Assembly (NCBI GenBank): GCA_002633005.1
Contig: NMRA01000169.1
Location: 257,203 to 321,202 of the forward strand
Direction: 5' to 3'
Source of the DNA: Phoronis australis
Lineage: Eukaryota; Animalia; Phoronida
Length of the DNA: 64,000 bases
The notes below the pieces were generated by a model. That model was given only the letters and a program-made list of their open reading frames with translations. It was not told the DNA's origin and did no database searches. The position numbers and the translations under genes were made by a program. This document shows, in pieces, positions 12,001-24,000 of the stretch; the first letter of the stretch is position 1, and every line of letters starts with the position of its first letter.

Positions 12001-15000
12001 GAGATTCTGTACATTTTATAAAATGGCGCACTTTGGCAGCACGCGAGTCATCTATCAAAAAAAGTAGATTAATTTAACCACGTTAAAGTCTGTGTGACAT
12101 TGTTTAAGTAGAAACGTTTTGAAATTTAGGATTTATTTTGCATTTTCTTTCAAAAAACAAACAGTATTCAAATTGAATCCAGATTGGTATCCAGAATCTT
12201 TAAAGCGGCATCTAAGTACCAAAATGTTTAGATGTAGACCACTTATTTTTTACAAAATTGATCTCAAAATTGTTCTCTTGTCAAAATGGCTCAGAAAGAA
12301 CTGACAGTTTGCTATTTCTGACGGTTCTTTCCCAGCCCAGAGATCCCCTGTGAGGAACAAGATAAGGTCAAATGTTGAATGGTATTATGTGTCCTCCATC
12401 AGAACTTGGTATTCGTCAGTAAGTATGGGTTTAATGCCACTTTAATTGAGAAACATAAAATCTGGGGATGGGAAGATAGGAAATTTAACGAAAGTTGAGA
12501 ACAGCGGTTTATGTGAAGGGCCAGTGTGAAGTCAGCACTTGAGAAGTGCTTGCCTCAAATTATCATTGGCTGAGCATAGGTAGTGTAGTTATTGGAAAGG
12601 TAACAGTTGAAGCTTTGGGAGCTTAAATGCTCTGTGTTTACAACAGCCTGAAAACTGGTTTTTAACAAGTTGAAGGGTGACACTAGACAGGTTGGACAAC
12701 AGGTCAGGCATTTGTCTGGAAGAATAATGTCAATAGGTGAGACTGATGTACGATGCATTATTCATGATATAACGGAAATGCTCTGGAGATAGATGTTCAT
12801 CACGATCACGTGGGGTCAATATCAATGTGGATTAAAGTACATACCATAGACATGCGATAAATACTTTCGGTCATCCAGTTGAGTAAATAATAAAATTATG
12901 TAGAAAATTAAATCAATTACTGGACTTGTGGATTGAGTTGGCTACGTTGCGTCCTCCTCTCGAGGACTTCGGCAGGCCAATGAGATGTCACGCGACTCGT
13001 CATGTTATCGACAGCGGGATACTCTTTAGTGCCCTATCCCATGTCTGTTTTGGCTGACGATCACATGATGAGTCACGTGACATCTCAGCGGCCTGCCAAA
13101 GTCCTCAAGAGGAGGACGCAACGTAGCCAACTCAATAGAAATGTTGAGAAAAAATGGTAAATACCTGCCCAGTAAATATAAAAAAGAAGCATTCTGCTCT
13201 ACATTGTTTAAAAAATGTCGTTATTTTTGTCATTTTCTTTGAAACCATTTTTCAGCAGACACTGTCAATTTCAGTGCCAAGCATTTGTCAAGTTTCCTCG
13301 CATATATTACAGCCACGTCTCGAAGGTTGCTTGTTTCCACTGTTGGTTGGCAGTTCTGGTTTGTTAGTAGAAGCTAGCTCGACACAATAAGATCATGATG
13401 ATAAATTTCAAGTTAGTTGAGTAAACTGCCAGATAATTTTGGCTTGAAATTCATCCAAGTTTGCCATAGTCTAATGCCTTTTCCATTATTCTTGTTATCT
13501 CACCTTCAATAAGAGCTAGGTCATGAAATATATTCTAAAATTTCTGTTACACTTCATTATTACACTGTCACAACCAACACATCCTCACAAGTGTGTCGAT
13601 TCATGATAACGATCATCAGATGGCACTGTTGGTGCTTGCCGCTTCTTCTTTTTTGCGTAATATCTCGCACCACCATAATTGTTATTGGCCTTAGGAGCTT
13701 TAGACTGGAATCTGTCATCCCCATACGAGAAATCCTCCATATTGATGGAGCCAATTTCAGAGTCCTCCTTTTCAGGCAACGGTTCGTATGTTTCTGGATC
13801 GAGTGTGGTCTCATCATGTCTCTGTTGATGCTCCATTGGATGCCATAGGGGGTTCTGTTTGGAGTGTCTCCTATCGATACCATTCTCCATGGGTATGAAA
13901 TTGGCTGGCAGTCCCCGTGTGCCAATAATAATGGGTAGAAGGATGTTCATGCCCGTACAGCCATGTAGTTCCACTTGAAATAACAGCTCGTAGCTAACAT
14001 CAATCAGTCTGCTGTAGTCCAATTGTGTCTCCGGAACATAAGGTGGAATGGCTAAATGGACGCTGTTCCATCGCCGTCCTTCCCCGATTGTCAATTCATA
14101 CTCGTCGCGTTTCTTGCTGATTATTTGAGTGTTTGTCATCATTTCTTTCTGTGCATAGAATATACTATTCATGATGAAGCTGACCTGGAGGGCAGTGACT
14201 AATTTTGGACTCCCATTAGAGATCTCTGCACTGATCACTATGTCCTCACCTGGTGTAAATGCCTGGCGGTTTGTCTGCAACATCACCTTGAGCTTACCAC
14301 TGAAACAACAGATTCCGTAATACTTCTTCTCTGCATCGCACTCATATGACAATAGTTTATCAGGGTACCTTGCGAGGTCAAGAGGTCGCAACACAAGGAA
14401 AGGCTCACTCGTGATGGTCTGGTCTCCATACTTTCGCTCGGGGTTCATAGTTGCCCGGACAAGATACGTAACACTGCCGTACTTTCCAATGAACGACGAT
14501 GGCAAGTTTGACGGAAGCTGGTGATAAAATGGAAACTCGTGAACTCCTTTTGACAAGAGCAGGCTCTCGCCATCGGACGAGCGGACCAGGGTCTCGCTGA
14601 TGTCTATGTATGTCTCTGTTGCGGCACAAGTTTTGTTCCTCTCCGCATGATCCCAGGAAACAGTTCCCTCCCCCTTGATCTGCAGCTGTATGTTATTCAC
14701 TTTTACAGACTCGTTAAGTTTGATCACCACACTTCCTTTTAGCTCCTCCCCTGGAGCATACTGATACTGCTCATCGATATCATGTTCCAGTGCAATATCA
14801 ACACTTTGAATTTTCTTTGTCCGCAGACTATAGTATCCTGCAGGATACTGCAACATGTTGAGTTCTGTGTTTGCTGTTTCTTAAACACCTTTCATGCACC
14901 TGTAGCAATGCTGTTAGTTAATGTCATTTATCCTAAAATACGCCAAAAGTGGACGAGACTCTTGAATGGTATTCTCAACTTGTCCAGACTGTTGTGTCAT

Positions 15001-18000
15001 CTGCAAAACAATGGAAATTTACAGATACGAAGGTTACCAAATCAATGCTGCGTTTGGTAGTCGCAAAAATCTTGCGAAACAGCAAGATCCTGCAAATCTA
15101 CACGAGATATAGCCATGTTTTGATCACAATGGCTGGCTGACCTCACGAAGTTTGGAAAAATCTTCAGTTCAGGACACCATCTGGTGGATAAGTGGAATTT
15201 CATATTACTGAAATTTCATGAAAAGATATTAACTTCTGAAGGCCATTCACTTCCTAGATAAAGTATAGACAAACTTTTGTATGAGTTTGCAGGGTTGTGG
15301 GACCCAACTCTTCCTCTCATTTGTTGGATTCAAATAATGCAGTTGTACATTCTCTGGTTGCTGTGTTTAGTTTTATTCCACCTGGCTAACTGGTGTCCCA
15401 CAATCCTTTGCAGATATCCTATAAATTTTTAATCATAAAAAGATCAATGGTACAGCTATCGCTAAACAACATGGTCGTGGTGATTTTGAGCACTTCTTGC
15501 TTGAAATAAGCCTTTGAAACATGAAAAGGGAACTGCTATTTTAACAAAATAATTTTGTCTCCAATTGAAAAGAACTTTTCCGGCTTGTCTGTTTGCTGAA
15601 AGTGATAACCGTGGGATACACAGCAGTGCTTTCATATGTGAATTACCATTGTTCGCTCCATTAGTGTTTCTGTGGGACTAACTCCTTTGTGCATTGCCAT
15701 TACCAAAATCACCAAATAAAGGCAATTAGCCTCATAGATTTTGTAACATTTACACTCGTTTCAATGTATTAAGTATTAAATATCGATCCTCTACATGACG
15801 TATTTTATAAAGACAGACGTAAGTTAGCAATATATTCATGTCTTCCTCCTTTTACTTGTGTGCGAGGAGACACAGTCTTCCCTATTTCAAAATGATGATT
15901 AATTTGAAGGCATAATAAATCTTAGTGGTCATGAAGATTTCCATACATGCCGCAGAGGAGATGCTACAAAAGTATGTACGGTATTTTCTAGTTTGGGACA
16001 AAGAATGATATTGATGCTTTCACATCTCTAGGCCTTCCTGTCAATGGTTTTGTTGAAAAACACCTTAGTTTTAGAAACTACAGGTAATCAAGATGCTTAT
16101 TTTTATTGATTTCCTAATGATTAGATACTGTATCACTTGCTTCGAAGTGGTAGAAAAGACCTTAAGATTACAGGAAAATTATTAATTTTTAATGCCTGAA
16201 GAAAAGCTTGACATATACTGAACTGAATTTCCTTCGATTTACACGTCCATCCGAAAAACCAAAATCAAAACTCGGTCGCAACAAAAATGGTCCCCGTTTT
16301 TTCCTCACTATGATTTCATTGTTAAGACCAGCCTGAGCTCTCAGAGTCATTTTAGAAAACCATAGGGTTGACCAGTCATACCAGCATTTGACCTATCCAA
16401 TTCAATGTTAACTCATGGAAAAGTAAAGTTATTAACTATAGTTCTAGTAATTGTTTTAGAACTTCCATCAAATAACCTAGAAACACGACTTGTAATTGAA
16501 ATCAACTGTTCTTATGCTGACACACCAGCTGTGAGCCCAGGTTAAGGCATGTAATACCACACTGTAAAACGCACTAGAGTCAGTTTATAGTGAATCAACC
16601 ACCGGTGTCACGGTATTATACTTTGGACAGGAGTGCACATAGAAGATAGGGTACGCACCTATTTACAGAGTGGGCTGGAAAACGGAGGCTCATTTGCATG
16701 GAACTAAAATAAAAAGTAGCCCTTTCATATGGTTTTGTCCAGAAACAACATTCTTTTCTTTTGGGTTAGTTCCATGAATCTTAACCATTTCGTAATCACT
16801 TATGGACAACTGAACTTTGTGTTCTTTTTCACTGACCATTGAGCAAGAAATGACAAAAGACTGTCATGTTGTCAAAAATAAGTTTATGATTTGTGAAAAA
16901 AGTTTTTGAAATATAGATAACATTTCGTTCTGTTGTTTTGTGGAGCTGGAAAATAACTTATGTGTTAAGTTTGGTGGTTCTCAAAGTTAACCCTTGTTGG
17001 AGAGAATGTCAGAAAAGGCACCCTTTTGTTGAGAATGCTGTCACAAAACTTAAGGCAGTCCTTCATAGCAAACTAGTTTTGAAAAAGTCACTCTACTGTC
17101 ACATATCCATTTTCTATTTCCTTGTTCAGCATCACTGACTTCCAAAACATTGCACTTATGTGGTGTCTGGATTGCAAGATCATGCCGGGGGAACTAAGCA
17201 CCGGGCTTTATCCAGGATTTCAAAAATAGGATGTCCAAAATGGGGCTCCCAATATTCCAGGGCGTCCATGATTCCAATGACGCATTACCCCGCTCCCCCT
17301 CTGCCCCCACACACAGTGAGGTTTTTTACAAAAATGCGTTGAACAGGGCTTTTACATCTAAGTTTACAAAAACAGCTCTGTTGTAGTGAGCTTTTTATTA
17401 AAAAAAACTGTGTGGATCAAGACTTTTATGTCTAAATTTACGAAAACAGCCAAATAGCTAACCAAACAGGTATTACATGTGCTACAGATATTGGTTGAAG
17501 GATGAGTGCAAATTACTGTTGTAAAGTTTATCATATCATCTTAACTAGCTTTATATTTTGTGCAATGAATCATCAAAGATGCAGTTACCAACACAATAAA
17601 AATACAGAGATGATATGTGGTTTATATTTTGGCAACAGGTGTCACTGCTGCTCCATATTAAGACGCACATAGAAAAGCATGAAACGGGCACAAACTCAAA
17701 CATTTTAAATGGGGATATTCTTGTGGCACATCATATTATTAAAATAATGACATTTATTTTGTTTTTAATGTTTTTAAAAAAAGATGAAAAACATGAAACT
17801 ACAACTCTGAAACACCAGTTTGGAGTTATAGGTTGGTGTCCCTGTATAAAGTACTGAATTGCAGTGAAATATAAAATCACTGAAAGCAGATACACTCTGG
17901 TAACCAAACAGGTGGTAGTGATTGACAGGTCTACTAAATACTTTGAAATTAGTTTGAACATTGCATCATTTTATATACATTGTGTATTTATTTCTGAGTT

Positions 18001-21000
18001 GAAAGGGCCAACTTCTCTCTAGATTAACTGGGAGTCCTAGTTATCTTATAATATGGTATCCAAAGGGAGAAATTCTGATTGACAGGGCCTCTAAATGATA
18101 CATTGGGGTCTTTGCCAGGCCTTCCAGATTAGTGCCAGGGCATTCAAATAGACGCCCAGGATTAGGCTGCATGAAGGCCTGGAACTGAGTTGTCTTCCAC
18201 ATAAGGGGTAGGGGGTGCCACCCATCACAATACCTTGGCTACTCAGAAATATTGGGTACCCAAACTGATGTTATTTGTTTAACCCCCGTCAATTGTGTCC
18301 GATCCAAAATACCCAGTGACACAATATGAAACTGAGTAAAATATCCTCCAGACCTAAATTTGTCTTAAAACGAAACCTGACGGGGTGAGAAACCCACCCA
18401 CATGATAGGACAATGTATCAAGTTGACAGCACATCCTTACCAAATCCTCCTGTGCAGTGGATTCCCCCCCCCGAATCATTTTCTAAAAGCACTGTTTATT
18501 GATAATATGATCTCTGTCTGGGTTAAATACTTTATGACATGTATGAGACAGCAAAACAAATCTCATTTATTTTGGACCAAAAATTGCCAAAATAAGACTT
18601 TATCATTATCAATGTTTTAGTGAATGCCCACATTTTTCAAAATGTTGCCTGATGGTAGCTGTGGTCAAGAACTTGAACATTGAAAAGCATTGATTTGGTT
18701 CTACATGGTCAGGAATGAGAGAAGAAAATTTCAGTTGTCACTCACAGTATGCCTGAACTGGAGACCATTCACCGCAGTTCTTTGAAAGATGATGAATCAA
18801 AAATAATTGTCAAAGTTTAAAATTTCCATTTTTAACAGGCTGCTAATTTTTCTACAGATATGCAGGTGTTTTTTAATAACTTTACATTTCATATGCTTGG
18901 AATGATATACCAATTCCTTATTTTAGTTGAGAAATTCAATAAAATCAAACTTCACCTTGCAGTCATCATGTGCCCTAAATTAGTGAAATTGAAACAAATG
19001 AATTTTATCATAATATATTTAACACATGAATATTGTATGTTAGAGTCGCCTTTTTATCCTTCTGTGATGATAATCGTTCATTGTGTAGCAACCATAAAAC
19101 ACATACAGTACAAGCCAAAAGAATTCAGACAAAATGACCCAGAATTCCCCATCATGACGGCTGGGTGGAAGTTGAAGTCATCGTCAAAGTAGTCATCTCT
19201 CATGGCTGAGAATGGCGTATAAAGGATAATTATCAGGAAAGTGTGTAAGGGGGCGGAGCCATTTTGTATATGGAATTTCGTCACACTGATAGTTATTATC
19301 ACAAGTTTTTGCTGTCAATAGAATTGGCCCTCGTGGTGGAGAAACAAAATTTTGCCTAATCATGTTTGTCATGTAGCTGGACAGCACAATTTTGATAGAA
19401 GACCAAAATAATCAACACGCAATAGGTGAAACTGAAGTTAACAAATAAATGATTAACCAAAAATATGATTATATATGTTCTGTAAGTTAAGTTTGAAAGG
19501 GTATTTGACTGATGGGTTGGGTTGTATGCGTAACGTTAAGCAAACACTTTCACCATGGTTAGCTTATCAATCCGATGAGTTATTGAAAACTCACTTAGCC
19601 AGGGATGTACCTTAAAGTCTCACCGATTTCGGACAAAAATAATTGCCAAAATTAGTGTTTATTTTTTTAAAGGTATTACAATTTTTCAGAAATATTTGTT
19701 CGTCTTACCTATGGAATGGCACTTATAAATGAGTACAACATTTATTGAGTGCTACATACGATTTGTTAAAAAATAAAAATTAATATGTTTTGTATTGGTT
19801 TTTTTTCCTGTACATTTCATTCTGTCCTCTCTAATAATAGTACATGGTGTTTTGTTCCACTTACAAGAGCTGAGCTGTGCCACTGACTTATGATGCAATT
19901 CAATCAGTTATAAGCAGGGTTCCCTAACCAAAGCAGAGCTTCTGTTATTGAATAGAACTCAGTAAATAGTGGATGAGATTTAGTGAGTGGGCAGCATTAT
20001 GTAATGGCTTGGTGACCCAATGCCATCTATGGGGTGTGACTGATTTGTATATTGGATTAAAGATGGCCTAGGGAGTGCATGTGAAAGGGTTTGAGTAAAA
20101 TACTCAGTGAATGACAAAATATAACTTATAATTCTTTTTTAAAACTGTTCTGAAGCAACTGTAACTTTCAATAAAGTTTTGTCTTTCACTTTCACAATTT
20201 TTATCAGGGTGCCCTTTATTGGTAGAATTTGGGAGCTTTGACAACTAAATTTCATCAACTTTGTTTGAAACTTGTAGCATGCTGCGAACTTCTATTCAAT
20301 ATAAATATCAATCTTGTCTACAGCTCTGTCTTCTCATGTAAGGACAGAAGTTACTACATAGAAATTAGTGAATCTGTGCTGTTGGTCATCGCATTTGGAC
20401 AAGAGATTAGGGTTATCTGACAAGTAATTGATCGCTACTACACTCAGTGACTCAGGATCCCTGAAACTTGATTGTATACTTTTATTGAAAATTGTATTGT
20501 TTACTATGGCTGTTTAAAGCATAGTGTTGCTAATGAGTGACTGAAATGTCTGTGTGTTTAAATCGCATCCGTTTGGTAATTGTTACACCTGATCCTAAAC
20601 ATGTGGTATTTTTGTGCAAATACCGACAAATAAGTGAAACAGGGTTCACTCGACACACCTTGCTGTATTTGTACATAGATTTAGTTAATAAAAATTGATT
20701 CCTGCCTTACCTGTGCTCAAGTTGCCACGCATGTCCTGAGTTGTCAGCCGGCTTCATTTCTACTGGTTTTCTAACTGAGTTCCCATCCCATCCAGAGGAC
20801 CAAATCAATACTTGTTGTAAATAGCTTACCTGAGTAAACACCACAGCTTAAGTGCTCAGTAGGGGTTACTGTGATTCATTATGCAAGCCCTCAACATGGA
20901 TAACGTCAATACAATTTACTGGTTGCAAGTTCAGTGGAGACATTGGTGCTTGGTCTACCTGTAACATGGATAAGAACGTCTGTGTGGGACCTTATTGTTG

Positions 21001-24000
21001 CTTTGCATAATGGGTGTTTCTGTGTGTATAGAAATGCTTAGGAGAGCTTTTTATGTAGAGTTCACAGCTCCTTGGCCCAGCCCAGTCTTTTGTGTGCAAG
21101 CATTCATGCATGAGCATTCACTTGATATCAGACCTGTTTTGACTTGGGTATTGGTCTAAAAATGCATGGTGACCTCTATTGATTTATTGGAAAATAAAAA
21201 ATAAGTGGTGTGTTATGACTTCAGTTTCTCTGTTGAGTGAACAAAGTTTACCTGTTCATGAGGCATGCAGCACTCACTGTTCTCCAAACCATTTTGGCTG
21301 TGCCATCAAATTTTGTATGGTGATTCTACCCTGGTTTTGCACAGAAGTAATTATTGCTAAAATTGCTATTTTCCGAATTTTCTAAAGCTGGTTATAAAGG
21401 TGATGGAAAGTTTACCAAATGCTGTTTTATGACACCTACAAAATAGAAACCAAGCTTGTTATAGGTTAACATTTTCTGGGTATTTATTTTTATGGGAAAA
21501 TTTGACAAATCTAATTTGACTTGCCGGCCATATTGTGTGCTAAATTGGAGAAGACATGGTATTGTTTTATCCTTGTTATGGTAAAATTTAAACTTGAGGA
21601 AACCATTGGTGGAAAAATTATGTGAACTTTTTTACAACTGTTATGATATGGTACATCTTTTGGTGAGCTAGAATATAGATTTGAGCTCCACCCAAATAAG
21701 TCAGTCACACAGAATTGAAAATTTTAATGAGTAATCCCGTCCACACACATACATGTACTTACCATAGAACAACTTGCATTAGTGTCACTTGCCCTACTTT
21801 AAGTGCAGCGTCCACACACATGTATCCCATAACTGGGGTAAGGCGAAAGCTATCATTCTGTGCATGACAGTGGACAGTTGATGCGAATACAGCGCGCCTA
21901 AGAAGATTCGTTTGGATGTAATTGCAGCTGATAGTTACTTCCACCATGCCCCAGGTTTGTGCCTGCACAGCGACTATAAGTGGCGCAAGTTAACCTAAAA
22001 CAAGTTACCCTTCCTTGATAAAGTCAAGTAAGTTGTCACAAGTCGGGCAAGTTGCACTTGTTTAAGTGGTGTCCAGACAGTTCCCAAACCTAGCGCAACT
22101 CGTTTCAACAGTAACTTGCTCTTTATGTGGAGGGCACTTTACTTAGCCTTATTTTTATGAAAGTAAAAAATAACTGCTCACCTTCATCCCAATGCAGAAG
22201 TTATGGCTGCATGAAAAGACTGACATTGCTGAAAAAATTCTTAAGACTTGGGAATTTTTTGTTTTGTGATGTAACAGGAAATTGTATTGAACTAATCACT
22301 TTAAAGTTGGTAATAACTTATAAATTCAGATTTTATTTTTTGTTACCCTAAGATCAGTTTGCTTAAGCTCATTAATTTTAGGGTATCAAAATGTCAGTTT
22401 AAGAAGCATCCTGCAATATGTACCACTGTTTACTGGGACACTGACACTTTAAAAGGATATGCAGTAGAAAAGATGGAGGGGGGGGTGAAAATTCATAAAT
22501 TTCGGGGAAAGGAGTTGCTTAGCTGAACATGGATTATAATGTGATTGAGTAAGCTAAGTACTGCGAAACTTTGTAAATATGAATTTAAAAATTAGTGCTC
22601 AGGTTACCAATCACCGCAAGCTTTTTAATTTCCAAATTTAAGTATTCAGAACATTAATAAGTATAGTACCTTCTAAGTGTTGTAAACAGTTGTATTAATG
22701 TTACGTAAGACATTATCAACTTTAGCCAAATATGAACACAACATATAGATTTGAACTCAGTAAAAATGTTTATTTTCTGAAAGTATAAAGCTTGTAGAAT
22801 GTCTTTTTACCAATGTTTAATAATTTGGTCACATGACCATGTTTTAGTACAGTCAAGCAAATAAGAAAGGTACATTGGTAGCAGAACAATGGTTTCAATA
22901 ACATGATATTCAAATTTTGTTTGATATAAAGATTCAAGATGAGATCTAAAAGCATTCTAATTTTCTATTCATTTTCGTTTCATGCAACTTAAAAAAAAGT
23001 TTTTTCATGGAAGACCTATTTTTTTAAATCTCTCATACAAAAGTGGAACATTTTAAAAACAAATCCCTAATAGCCTTTTAGAGAACTGCATAAAATAACA
23101 GTATCTGAAAGTTTGATACGAATCCAATCAGCTGTTTCTGAGATCTGATGTTCCAAAGTTAGCCATTTATTTAGGGCACTGCTTAACTTTAAATTTACAT
23201 TGGGCCTGCCACTATCATTAACCAACCAGCCTGAGCATAAACTGTCAGTTTTTAATTTATTGTAATTCCTCTCTATAGTTGCCAAGGACTCCAATTCCCC
23301 TCACACTGGTTGATATGATGAAGACAGCGAAGGGAACCAACTTCTACATTTTAACCGAAGCGGGTGAGTGTGGCATCCCACCAGAGGGGGCTGTGGAGGC
23401 TGAGGGTTCAAGGTCAGAGATCAACCTGACATTCCTGACAGAGACGGGCGGAGATGAGAAGAAAACCCCAGAGTACATCACCAAACAGGATATCCCAGAT
23501 GAGATGTTCTTTGAAATTAAGAAGATGTATGTGTGTTGTGCGATTTTTTATAGAATTTGCATTTCACTCATTCCAGCAGTTCAGCACCATTAGATAAGAC
23601 CAAAGAAAATAGCGTAATAGGTTCTGATAGATGTTCTTTTTGAACATTTATGTGATGGTACGATATTTCTTTTAATTTTTCATATTTTTGAAAATAAAAG
23701 TCTCGGTATTTAAATACAATGTTTAGCAAGACTGCTGTGTGAAAATTTGAATGAAAAATATTCAGTGAGTTTTAGTGTATCCCAGAAGGCATTCAAGTGT
23801 TGTTCTGCAGTTTTAGAAAATTATGATTTTCTTTTGAACAGTTTGTAATACGTAATGTGATGTAACGTTTCAAACATTCGATAAGAAAACCTTCTATTTG
23901 GCCAGGTAAATGTCATGGGCAATGAAGTTTATTAAATGGGGCTAGTTCTTTCGCTAGGCATGGGCATTTGAAAGCGTGAATTTGATATTGGTGCGGGTGG

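Noticed and set aside
13560-14629. Overlapping ORFs 13560-13925 (-), 13591-13848 (+) and 14405-14629 (-)
   Set aside because: These are shadow frames of the arrestin CDS with no recognisable motifs.
14832-14849. Perfect 18-bp palindrome agtatcctgcaggatact just inside the arrestin start
   Set aside because: It is a single instance within coding sequence with no supporting context, so it could be chance.
15200-23200. Numerous 60-110-aa ORFs in intron 10 and other introns
   Set aside because: Most have non-ATG starts and AT-rich F/L/I/K-biased composition, with no splice-phase support or recognisable domains.
23361-23370. Strong donor-like CGG|GTGAGT inside exon 11
   Set aside because: It is phase 1, incompatible with the phase-2 acceptor of exon 12, and the frame stays open to the donor at 23527.
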